From assembly GCA_030265395.1 (NCBI GenBank), contig JARFYF010000036.1:1701884-1765883 (forward strand): a DNA stretch of 64,000 bases. Reading direction: 5' to 3'. This document shows, in pieces, positions 38,561-49,441 of the stretch. This stretch comes from Rhina ancylostomus (lineage: Eukaryota). The translations under genes and the position numbers were made by a program. The notes under the pieces are model-generated. The model searched no databases. It worked only from the letters and a program-made list of their open reading frames with translations, and was not told where the DNA came from. How positions within the stretch are numbered: position 1 is the first letter of the stretch; each line of letters starts with the position of its first letter.

Positions 38561-40288
38561 AAACAGGCAAGCCTGAAGGTCATGGTGTTCCCATGCACTG
38601 CTGACCACATCCTCCTTGTTGGGCTTGGTCAGAGGGTTGGGGAGGTGCTGCAGCTGCCTGCCACTATAGCCACCCTGTGCCAATGGAAGGGGTGATGAGT
38701 GTTAGATGTTCTTATTAGCACTTATTTAAAAAAAGTCACAGGAAGGTTGATGTTAATAGATAAGAATTTGGCAAAGCAATCATGCCTTGACTTTGCTGAT
38801 TGCTCACTTTCAAGAAAACTGCCCATGAAGATCTGTCTTTAGTCTGGATGTTCCCCTTGGATCTGTTGGCCTCTAAAGATCCCCAGTGCCTGGTGAATTC
38901 AAGTTCACAGAAAGTATTTCCACACTCCCACCCAAACAATCTAACCATATCCTCACACAGCAAACCAGCACATTGAAAGCTTTAGCTTATCTTTAGCGTA
39001 AAAAGACACAAAAAATTTTAGAGAACAAAATAGATTTTGGGACCTCACAATATTAAGGGAGAAGCAGAGATTTTACCTTTAAAAATATGGCATTCTGGAT
39101 TAATTACCTGAAGGAACTGGACTTCTTATAAAAAGGTTTGACAGGCAATGGGGTCACTAACTATTATAGTTTAGTCTGCAGTAAAAATAAGGTCGACCAC
39201 ATTCAACGAGGCATATCATTTACTTCTTAATAAAAAGTTAGAATAGTTTGCAATTTGTTGGAACGCTCGACAAATCTCAACCAGCGTCTGAATTTTGGGA
39301 TTAAACTGTGCATATTTTTTCAGAAGCAGCGGCTGTCAGATATTCTTCATAATAACTGTTTCTGTATTAGATTAAATTACAATTATTTTGTATTTGATAA
39401 GCCCTGTGGCTTTGAAATGTACATTTCCCTCAGGATAAAAAAAAGAAATTTACAAAAAGAATTGTGAATTAGTTATCTTTCTTTATGACAACACTAATAC
39501 TTCTGGCAATCACCACCAGTATAATAACCCAACCATGCGATAGATTCTGGTGAAGCTGAATGTGGTCCTCACCTGACTGAGGACTGAACCTTCCATTATG
39601 GATGGCTCTTTTCCTTTACCTACCTGAAGACGTTCAATTCCACATCTCAAACCTAAATGTCCAGATCCAGAACAATTATTAAATGCTTTTTCATTTGAAA
39701 AAAATAGGGCGGTCCTGTTATCTAGCTATCATCTTGTGCCATGCATCACCAACTGTCCTCCAAGCCTTGCTGGTATGTTTGCCTCATGAGGCAGATCACT
39801 TTGCACATGACAAGACCTTTGGCAGTGGATCCGGAGTCCTGACCCCAGATTGGTGATCTAGCATTTTGAACAATTTCTAAATTCATCAAGTATTAGTGCC
39901 TGTAATTGGATAAAAGTATAGTTACTACAAAGCACGGCTCTTTACAAAGTTCTATTGGTTGAAAAAGGCCACTCAGTGCCGCTCTAAAGGATGTTATAAA
40001 ATGTATCAACTTCCAATTAAAATTCTGAAATTAGTTATATAGATAACATTTCATTCTCTGACCTGCAGATCTGAGTTTAGCAGCACTTGGGAAATTTTAA
40101 GATAGATAGAATTTCCATCAATTTTCCTTAGCACAGACCAATTGGAGTGTTCTGTCCCAAATGGCCCAGTGGAGATTAACTGACATACCATACACCATGG
40201 ACTGACCGTAAGTCTTCCTTGATCAGTAACAAACATGATATAGTTTTACACAAGACCAAAATTGTTCCAATTGTGGTTAAGTACTTAC

Positions 40289-40291
40289 CCC
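40289..40291 (-). CDS. Single-codon microexon (GGG, Gly) of the SOWAH-family gene
   Basis: - strand CACTAAC-TTTGAAATGATCTGTGTGATGATAG|GGG|GTAAGT; consensus branch point 27 nt upstream; supplies the G of DFTS-GF-TALHW. Confidence 0.78.
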
Positions 40292-40316
40292 CTATCATCA
40301 CACAGATCATTTCAAA

Positions 40317-40323
40317 GTTAGTG
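40317..40323 (-). promoter_or_regulatory. Consensus splicing branch point CACTAAC for the Gly microexon
   Basis: Near-perfect U2 branch sequence with branch A at -27 from the 3' splice site. Confidence 0.6.
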
Positions 40324-41272
40324 GGATCAAACAGGCACACCGATTACAAAGGAGTTATAGGGCAGGAGAAAAAGGAAATATATTTCAGTCAAGAATTTAA
40401 AACTTCCAAAACATCAGCAAATTGAACTGAGATGAATCTGCAGATAGGATATCCTGCAAAATTATATTCAGGCATTTTTGTTTTGTATATCTTTAACATT
40501 TAAAATAATTATAAATATTAAAACAGCAATACAGGCTACAATAAAGGAGTTAACAGAATCAGCATTTACATTGCTATTGGAAAAAGGAAGCAAGAATTTG
40601 CATGAAATTAACACAATCTTTGGCAGCACCAGTGTCAAAGATTAGGATAAATCAATGGGACAATACATTTCTAAAAATCTTCAGTAATTTACAAAATGTC
40701 CAGATGACAGAGGCATATTAGTTAAGTGAATTAATTCCCACATTACAATGCAGTAAAACTTCACTAAAGTCTTACAAGATCTTGGGATCTTTCAAAATAT
40801 TTTTACAATCAATTAAGTATTTTAGAAGTGTAGTTACTATTTTAATATAGGAAACAAAGTAAAAGAATCTCCAGAAGAGCAATGATATAATGGCTAATTG
40901 TTTTCTTAAAATACTGTTGGGTTTGAGGAATAAACATTAACCAAAACATCAAGGACAAATTTAGTTTCTTTTTGTAATAGGGCCATGTCTTCCACTGGCC
41001 ACTAAGGACCTCAGGTTGTGGTCTCAGAACATTAGTATTCCACTGAGCTGTCAGACACAATTTTGCTCATCACTGGAGTGGAGCACGATTCCACAACTTT
41101 CTGACTCAGGTGAGTGCACTGTGGTTGTTGAATCATCTCACTTCATTTTGAAAATGCTGTATGATATTGAGTAGCTCAATATGGATTGTACCTAATATGT
41201 CTTGAGCACATTTTAAATATCATAAATTTAAAATATATTCAAAGAAAAGCTAGTAGAAATATAGGTACTTAC

Positions 41273-41284
41273 AGATGTGAAGTC
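41273..41284 (-). CDS. 12-nt microexon (DFTS) of the SOWAH-family gene
   Basis: - strand AATTCTGAAG|GACTTCACATCT|GTAAGT, phase 0-0; matches the SOWAH K-DF(I/M/T)S motif. Confidence 0.9.
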
Positions 41285-42230
41285 CTTCAGAATTTCAATG
41301 GAACAGTTTACATGGAAGAGACAAAATTATTTTAAGTTTTCTTGGTACTTTTACAGAAATCACAAATGAAGCAAAGATCTTTAATGACCTGCAATTATCT
41401 TAAATACATTGCATAATATATCCAATAATGTTGAATTTGCACGCGAATCCTGATGAGACAAGTTTCCTATTCAAATTCAGTGTTTTATTTAATCTCCACA
41501 AAAGCCTCTGGAACTGGACCCCACCAGAAGCTGATCGCCAAGGTGAAAATCAAATATTTTTGGAAGCTATGACTTAGTTGCTGTCTGACCTGCCACTTCT
41601 AGTAAAATTGTCACACAGTATACAGCAAGGCAACATTTCAACTCTCTGCATGATGAGCAGCTCTCACTGGATATTCCAATCATACTTCCTGACTACTGGA
41701 TGGAAAATGGCATTCATGCTACTTGTTACATTAAATATTCAGTAAAAGTGATATACACAGGGTACAGAAGAACCTCCTACTGTTGTTAACATTGGCATAT
41801 CTGGGTCATCTAGATTTTGTTCTTGATTATTCAGAATTGCTTATAACACAGATGAACAAGGCTCCAAGTTTGGAGTAATAGCAGAAGGGTGGCACACTTC
41901 AGAAAGAAAATGCATGATTTCTGCTTGTACGAGTCAGAGAGCCCAAACGTGCAACCCATAGTTTGAATTGCTTTGGTCAACAATGAGTAGAGAATGTGGC
42001 AGAATATTACTCTCCCAACCCAATTCCTAATGCAGCTATTTTAAGAAATTCTATACATAAAAGGATGCTTGGATGATAACAAAGTTGAAAAGATATTTTA
42101 ATTGAATGCACTAAGAAATCATTGCATATTATTTTCTTTTTCAAACAAAAACACTATATTTTAGTTGCATTTTTTTCCAAGTAATTTTTCATTACAACAT
42201 GTAAATGAATTCAACTGTGGCGAAGTTTAC

Positions 42231-42332
42231 CTTTTTCATTGCCAGAGATGGATCCTGCTTGAGAAGGTCGCACAAAGCAGTTAAATGTCCAATGGCAGCA
42301 CACTTCAGCCACTCCTTCTCTAAAGGATCCAA
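42231..42332 (-). CDS. SOWAH-family gene, exon preceding the ankyrin repeats
   Basis: TTACTTTTCTTAAAG|102 nt|GTAAAC, phase 0-0; LDPLEKEWLKCAAIGHLTALCDLLKQDPSLAMKK, the SOWAH L(D/E)PLExEW...LLxxDPxLA motif. Confidence 0.95.
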
Positions 42333-44035
42333 CTTTAAGAAAAGTAAGATTGAAAATAGTTCATGAAACAAACACTTTTTTCATTCAACAATAGCTCTAC
42401 TTTCTGTAGGGATTTGCTGTTGTTCACTCTGGGATAATAGGGCTGAATCATCCAATTATCAGACACCAGGATAAAATCATGGTCTTGCATAGAATTTAGA
42501 AAGTCTTTCATGTAATTCCACTTGCAGTACAAGATGGAACTTTGCAAATCAAGATACCCATTTTACAGGACGCAACTGCTGCAGTAACAACTAGGAGATA
42601 TGGAATAATCCTCTCATGAAAGGTCACACCTATTAATCTATTATAATAAATTGCATATTTTGATGGGCGTTTCTTATACATGGGCTAAGCTGATCAGAAA
42701 TGTATACATTTTATTGACAGAAATCCTGCAAAGTCTAACCTTGGTTCCTACCGGCAAATGCGATCACAAGTTCAGTTACTACAAGTATGTTCTATCATTA
42801 CCAATAACCGTAGATTAAAATATACAAACAGAACAAATAGTCAAAGGTCAGCACAATGTTTGAATCCAACTCTCCAGCTGAAGTATCCTGTGTGCTATCT
42901 GTGAGTCTCTTATGACGAGTTTACACAATTACATCCAATTCCCAATGACAGTAATTCCACACCGCAAAGCAGCTTCAATTACCGCAGCAACGGATGGATG
43001 GGGGAGGGATGCATTAAGACTGAAAGCAATTATTGAAGGAAGTGAAACAGACTGTTTTCCAAGTGTGTTTGATATCTTCANNNNNNNNNNNNNNNNNNNN
43101 NNNNNNNNNNNNNNNNNNNNNNNNNNNNNNNNNNNNNNNNNNNNNNNNNNNNNNNNNNNNNNNNNNNNNNNNNNNNNNNNNNNNNNNNNNNNNNNNNNNN
43201 NNNNNNNNNNNNNNNNNNNNNNNNNNNNNNNNNNNNNNNNNNNNNNNNNNNNNNNNNNNNNNNNNNNNNNNNNNNNNNNNNNNNNNNNNNNNNNNNNNNN
43301 NNNNNNNNNNNNNNNNNNNNNNNNNNNNNNNNNNNNNNNNNNNNNNNNNNNNNNNNNNNNNNNNNNNNNNNNNNNNNNNNNNNNNNNNNNNNNNNNNNNN
43401 NNNNNNNNNNNNNNNNNNNNNNNNNNNNNNNNNNNNNNNNNNNNNNNNNNNNNNNNNNNNNNNNNNNNNNNNNNNNNNNNNNNNNNNNNNNNNNNNNNNN
43501 NNNNNNNNNNNNNNNNNNNNNNNNNNNNNNNNNNNNNNNNNNNNNNNNNNNNNNNNNNNNNNNNNNNNNNNNNNNNNNNNNNNNNNNNNNNNNNNNNNNN
43601 NNNNNNNNNNNNNNNNNNNNNNNNNNNNNNNNNNNNNNNNNNNNNNNNNNNNNNNNNNNNNNNNNNNNNNNNNNNNNNNNNNNNNNNNNNNNNNNNNNNN
43701 NNNNNNNNNNNNNNNNNNNNNNNNNNNNNNNNNNNNNNNNNNNNNNNNNNNNNNNNNNNNNNNNNNNNNNNNNNNNNNNNNNNNNNNNNNNNNNNNNNNN
43801 NNNNNNNNNNNNNNNNNNNNNNNNNNNNNNNNNNNNNNNNNNNNNNNNNNNNNNNNNNNNNNNNNNNNNNNNNNNNNNNNNNNNNNNNNNNNNNNNNNNN
43901 NNNNNNNNNNNNNNNNNNNNNNNNNNNNNNNNNNNNNNNNNNNNNNNNNNNNNNNNNNNNNNNNNNNNNNNNNNNNNNNNNNNNNNNNNNNNNNNNNNNN
44001 NNNNNNNNNNNNNNNNNNNNNNNNNNNNNNNNNNN

Positions 44036-44430
44036 TTGTCCCATCTACCTGCACCCAGACCATATCGCTCCAAACCCCTCCCATCTATGTACCTAAACTT
44101 CTCCTAAATGTTACAATTGAACCTGCATCCACCACTTCCACTAACAGCTCGTTCCACACTCACACCACCCTCTGAGTGAAGAAGTTTTCCCTCAGATTCC
44201 TCTTAAATATTTTGCCTTTCACCCTAAACCTATGTCCTCTAGTTCTAGTCTCACCCAACCTTAGGGGAAAAGGCCTGCATGCACTCACCCATTGATACGC
44301 CTCATAATTTTATACAACTCTAAGATCTCCCTCATTCTCCTGTGCTCCAGGGAATAAAATCCAAGCCTGTTCCACCTTTCCCTATAACTCAGGTCCTCAT
44401 GTCCTGGCAACATTTGTGCAAATTTTCTTT
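44036..44430 (-). mobile_element. CR1 LINE 3' fragment
   Basis: Reverse-complement CR1 end (TTCCACACTCACACCACCCTCTGAGTGAAGAAGTT...CTTTCCCTATAACTCAGGTCCTCATGTCCTGGCAACAT). Confidence 0.8.
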
Positions 44431-45859
44431 GAAACTTCAGCAAGGCTCAAAGTCCCACCCTACGCACAGCCAAGTGAGGAAATCTGAGAGTTACTGACTG
44501 ACAGACGGATAGAACTGCACTGGTCATCACATGGAGTCCAGCAGGGAGGCGGCCTTGCTGGGGCCCCAACACTCTGCTGGGGAAATCACCTCCTTAGTCT
44601 TGCAGCACGTCAGACCTGGCATATTCTTAGAGACCCCACTGATTTCAATCAGGATCTGAAGGCCTGTGGACTAGGAAGCAAAAGGGAAGGTAATTTAATT
44701 ACTAACACTAAAGAAAAGCAATTTAGTGTTTTAATTATTTCTCATCTTAAAATTATATTCTTCAAATTTTAATAGGTTTTAAGCAGTTCCAAAGGCCCAC
44801 AGACATTTAATAGCTTTGACAGGGGACTAGTTCAGCCCCAGATTTGCCTTCAGACAGAGTCGGTTGGGGGTATTCTCGTGGCTGGGCTTCTGCACAACAA
44901 TGCCCAAGACCCAGTTGCCACTGAGACACAACTGACATCTGTTCGCCCCATCCAGGCCAGGTGAGTGCAGATGGGCGGGAACCATGGCTTCCAGATACCA
45001 GGCAGGTTTGGATCACCACAACTTGTTGCATGTGACCACAGACAAAATTATCCGTAACTCTAGACTGGCATTCATGAGTCACCATGGGGCAACTTCAACA
45101 ACGTCTATGTTAACCAAGGCTTGCTAATGTTTTAAAAAACAAAATAGATAGCTGATTATCTTCCACAGAAACTAGGTTTAAGGGGACAGTTGACTGGACA
45201 TCGTGTGTTAACCAGAGGAAATGAAGGAAGATGCCAGCAAGCAAAAAGAATGATACAGATGGAGAGGATTGTATATTACCTTCCTTATTTATATCACATT
45301 ATAAAAATCCGATCTGAAATCTAAGGATACATAACAGAAAATTGTATACTGGAAGAGGATAGAGACAATGATTAGAAAGTTTGAACTCAGATGCTACTTC
45401 CATCATTCTAGTAACTAGGGAATAATGTACAGGCCAAGTTGACTTGAGGATAGCAGAGAAGTGATAAATAAGGAACACGTTTCATTGTTTAATTGTGCCA
45501 CAGTTTACATGTTTACTGATTATTTGACTTTTGAATAACACCTTCATTCTTCAAAATATTAGAAAACTATTAATTCAACTTTTCCTGCTAGGTTGAGTTA
45601 TCCTAAGACCTTTCAAGATTCATTCCTATGGCTTCTTATACAGTGCCCAAACTATGGCAATTCAAGAGCAACTGTACTAGATAGGGGAAAACAAGACTAG
45701 AGTTTGTTGGAAGTAAATGAACTTTGACACCGTGTAAGAGAAGTGAAAGAAGTTGGTGAGAAAGACATAAAACTGAGAGGGGAGAAACCAAGGGAACTGG
45801 GGAAAAGAGGATGGACATGCAAACAAATATTGGAACAGATTAGGTAGAGGTAAAGTTTA

Positions 45860-46270
45860 TACAGACGTATGGTGGAGAGCATTCTGACTGGTTGCATCAC
45901 AGCCTGCAGAGGGTTATAGACACAGTCAGCATGACCCTCCCCACCATTGAGGTCATTTTCAAGAAGTGGTATCCCAAGAAGACAGCATCCATCACCAAGG
46001 ACCCTCACCATCCGGGACATGCCCTCTTCGCATTACCACCATTGGGGAGGAGGTACAGGAGCCTGAAGACCCTCACTCAATGATTCAGAAACAGATTCTT
46101 CCCCTCCACCATCAGATTTCTGAATGGTCCATGAACCCATGAAAACTACATTCTTATTCCTTTTTTTTGCACTATTTATTTTTGTAATTTATAGTGATCG
46201 TCTTTGCACTCTACTGCTGCTGCAAAATAACAAATTTCACATCATACAAGTCAGTGATAATACATCCAAT
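45860..46270 (+). mobile_element. Rex1/Babar-type non-LTR retrotransposon 3' fragment
   Basis: VESILTGCITA and ASITKDPHHPGHALFALPPLGRRYRSLKT remnants, then family 3'UTR ending GTCAGTGATAAT. Confidence 0.8.
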
Positions 46271-46959
46271 TCCTCTATTTATTTTGCATAGAATTCCAAG
46301 AACTAGCACTTTCTCAGGCAGGTCACCCTTTAAATAATGCTGAAGCAGACCTTACAAATACTATGAAGCCTGCCTTAAGAATCTGATATGGCACACACAA
46401 TGAAAATCTCATAGCTGCTACTAGCATGCATATTGCATGCCAATGGATGCCACTATGCATGCCAGATCTCAAGGCGAGGAAAAATAGCAGACTTTATGCA
46501 GCTCACAGATTATGATGTCCCTTTAAAAAACTATTTCAGTAAAACAATAGCTCATAAAAAAACTGGCTCCAATTGTGTACCACACAAAAACCTGGCCCAA
46601 TTTGAAGCAACAGTATGTGAGCTATCATTTTATGTTACAAAATAATGGAATTGCTGTCAATTTTTTTTGTATATTAAAAGTACAGCATATATTGCAAGGT
46701 AGCAATGACATTGGGAACATTAACAAGCTATTATATAATTTTAAGCATCACAGAATATTTATTGCAACAAAGTCCATGAGGTTACAAAATCCCCAGGCTG
46801 GTCCTACTCATTTAAAAGTACTGTATATAACCCTTTTTTTCAGTAAGGGACATTTTCCCCCCTTCCCCACACCCTTACTCTGCAGTACTTGTTTGTACCT
46901 TCAACTAAAATTGGTTTGTGAGGAGGAAACCAAATGGTGGTTTAAGTGAAAGGGGAAAA

Positions 46960-48050
46960 AAGGTGACAGATGGAATTCAATGAGAGCAAATAGGAGATTT
47001 TCCATTTAGGCAGAAACAGCAAAAAGCGGGAGAATTATTTAAATGATGAGAGACTAACAATTGTTAGTGTTTGCAGAGATCTGGTAGAAAAATGGATAAG
47101 GTTGCCTCAGGTAATTCAGACAAGTGGAGTGTTGGCCCTTAAAGCAAGGTTGATGGAGAAAAAGAATAAAGAAGTTGTATTGCCACTTTCAAGTGCATTG
47201 GTAGGAACTCAAAATTACTGTGCATAATTTTGGTCTCTTTATTCGAGAAAAGACATTTATTTAGAAACTGCAATGACTCAAAATTGATTTCTAGCTGACA
47301 GGATTGTCAGCCAAGGAAAGGCTTGAACAATGGACCTACACACTGAGGTTAGGAAGAAGAGGTGACGTATTGAAAGATACAAGCTTCATTGTATGATGAA
47401 GGTTCAACTTGTTTGGGAATCTCAAATTCGATGGCAACATCCCAGGATAAGAGAACAACGACTCCATACTGAAATGAGGAGGTCTTTGTTCTCTTAAAAG
47501 ATTATGGAGCTTCAGTATTCTCTAGCCCAGAAAGTTGTGAACAATGGGTCATTAAGTACATATTGCATCCGATTATGGTAACTTCAGGGAGGATGGGAAG
47601 GTCCCAGAGTGGGCAGAAAAAAAACCTTATAGATTTGCTTCGCCCTGGATCCATGAATGGATCCAGGGTGAGGCAAATCTAAGGATAGATAAGAGGAGTT
47701 GGGGTTATTCTCTTTGCAATAATAGTTTTTTTTAAAAAAAAGAGATCTGATTGTTTAGATATGGTAGATTTTTTTTTAAGAAGTTGTGCTTGTTCATAGA
47801 TGTTTCAAGAACTGGGAGTACTAATATATCATCGGCAAACCATACAAGTGAGCCATTATAGATGTCGTTAAAAAAAAACAGGTTGTAGACATGATCTGGG
47901 ATTCAAGGTCTGCAAGGATGGCAGAAACAGAATGAGTGCTTTGAAAAGCAAGCTGAATAGGCACTTATTAAGGAAGAGCAGGAAAGAGGTCTGAGAATAT
48001 TGTTCTATTAAAAGCAGGCACAGATTCAATGGACCAAATGGCCACTCCTG
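46960..48050 (+). mobile_element. Heavily degraded CR1 LINE fragments (two pieces)
   Basis: GACAGATGGAATTCAATG..., ACTGTGCATAATTTTGGTCTC, GAAGAAGAGGTGACGTATTGAA and a CR1-like tail near 48020-48050. Confidence 0.6.
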
Positions 48051-49107
48051 TGCCCGATGGATGCAAAGGTTACAGGCATCAGGCTGAAAAAAATGGAGTC
48101 AAGTCCGAAGATTNNNNNNNNNNATTCTGCAAGTTCACTTTAAGCCTTTTTGTACTGTGCAATAGAAACAAAATCTACTCAGGAAAAAAAAAATCAGCAT
48201 CTGGAAGAAAGGGGAATGTAGTAAATAGAATTACATGCATCTTTGTAGAAAATCATTTGAGCAATCTTTCAAATCTGTCAACTATTATCTGTCTATATTA
48301 ATTTTTTCATTTCAATTATATTGAACTGTAATGTATGATTAAACAAAAATCTGGAAAAGAAAATACTAGTTACCCAAATACAGATCTTTGGCAGTATCCC
48401 AGTCAGATCTAGCCTGTATCTGTCTGATAGATGATTACATAACATTATTACTGACAGAGTTAAAGTATTAAGGCTAGTTTTTGATGTGCCCAGTAATAAG
48501 ATCTAATTTGCTGATCATTTTCTGCAATCACAGTTGCTTTAATGTCACCACTTTAGTGTAATTACTTGTTGGAATAATACACTATCCACATCCATAAGAC
48601 GGCTTTACACATTCCTAGAATAAAATTCATTTAGTATCAAGGGATTACACACTGCTTATTCACTGCATCCCTTCCAATGAAAAGTGACCCAAGGCAAATA
48701 AAAACAGATCTTGACAGACTATTAAACTAGGCTTATGCTTTCATGATGGATGATCCCTCAACGACTGCAATCATTCAAAGCTGGCATTATGTTTACTGTT
48801 GGAAATGTACTTCACAATCAATGTAATAAATTAATCTACTTCCAACAATGCATTAATACAAGCACCTAAAGCAGTCCATTATTGATTTCAAAATTCTGCA
48901 ACACCACTGTATGCATACTTCAACAATAAAGCAAGTGGCATTTTCTGTTACTTTTTATAAACATCCCAAGGTACCCTAAGATGCAATGAAATAACAGGGA
49001 ATGGAGGGAGTTAAGTATTCTCAGATGTTCACAATATTGCATCCATTACTTGTTAAGTTTGGTACATTTATAAAGGAACTCCACAGACTGAATAACATTG
49101 ATAAGAT

Positions 49108-49290
49108 CTCTTTATTGGTCACATGTACATTGAAACACACAGCGAAATACATCTTTTTGCCTAGAGTGTTCTGAGGGCAGCCCGCAGGTGTTGCCACCCT
49201 TCAGGCGCTAATATAGCATGCGCACAGCTCCTAACCTGCATGTCTCTGGAATGAAATCGGAAAATCTGGAGGAAAGTCACGCAGACACAA
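49108..49290 (-). mobile_element. SINE copy, same family as 155-455
   Basis: Reverse complement of 260-450 (CTTTATTGGTCACATGTACATTGAAACACACAG...GGGCAGCCC). Confidence 0.8.
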
Positions 49291-49420
49291 GCATTGCACA
49301 TAAATACTTCTGTGGACTGAAACAACATACCGAGAATAAAGACTGGCCAGGTGTGTTAAAATTATAAATCAATGACAGGGTAATACTAGAGGACAAACAG
49401 TTTGCATGGATGCTGTGTAT

Positions 49421-49441
49421 ACACACACACACACACACACA
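49421..49441. repeat. (AC)10 microsatellite
   Basis: Seen directly. Confidence 0.9.

Noticed and set aside
42912-44175. Long ORFs of 330-390 aa in the track
   Set aside because: They consist almost entirely of N-gap translation; likewise at 8584-9141, 25118-25627 and 34116-34758.
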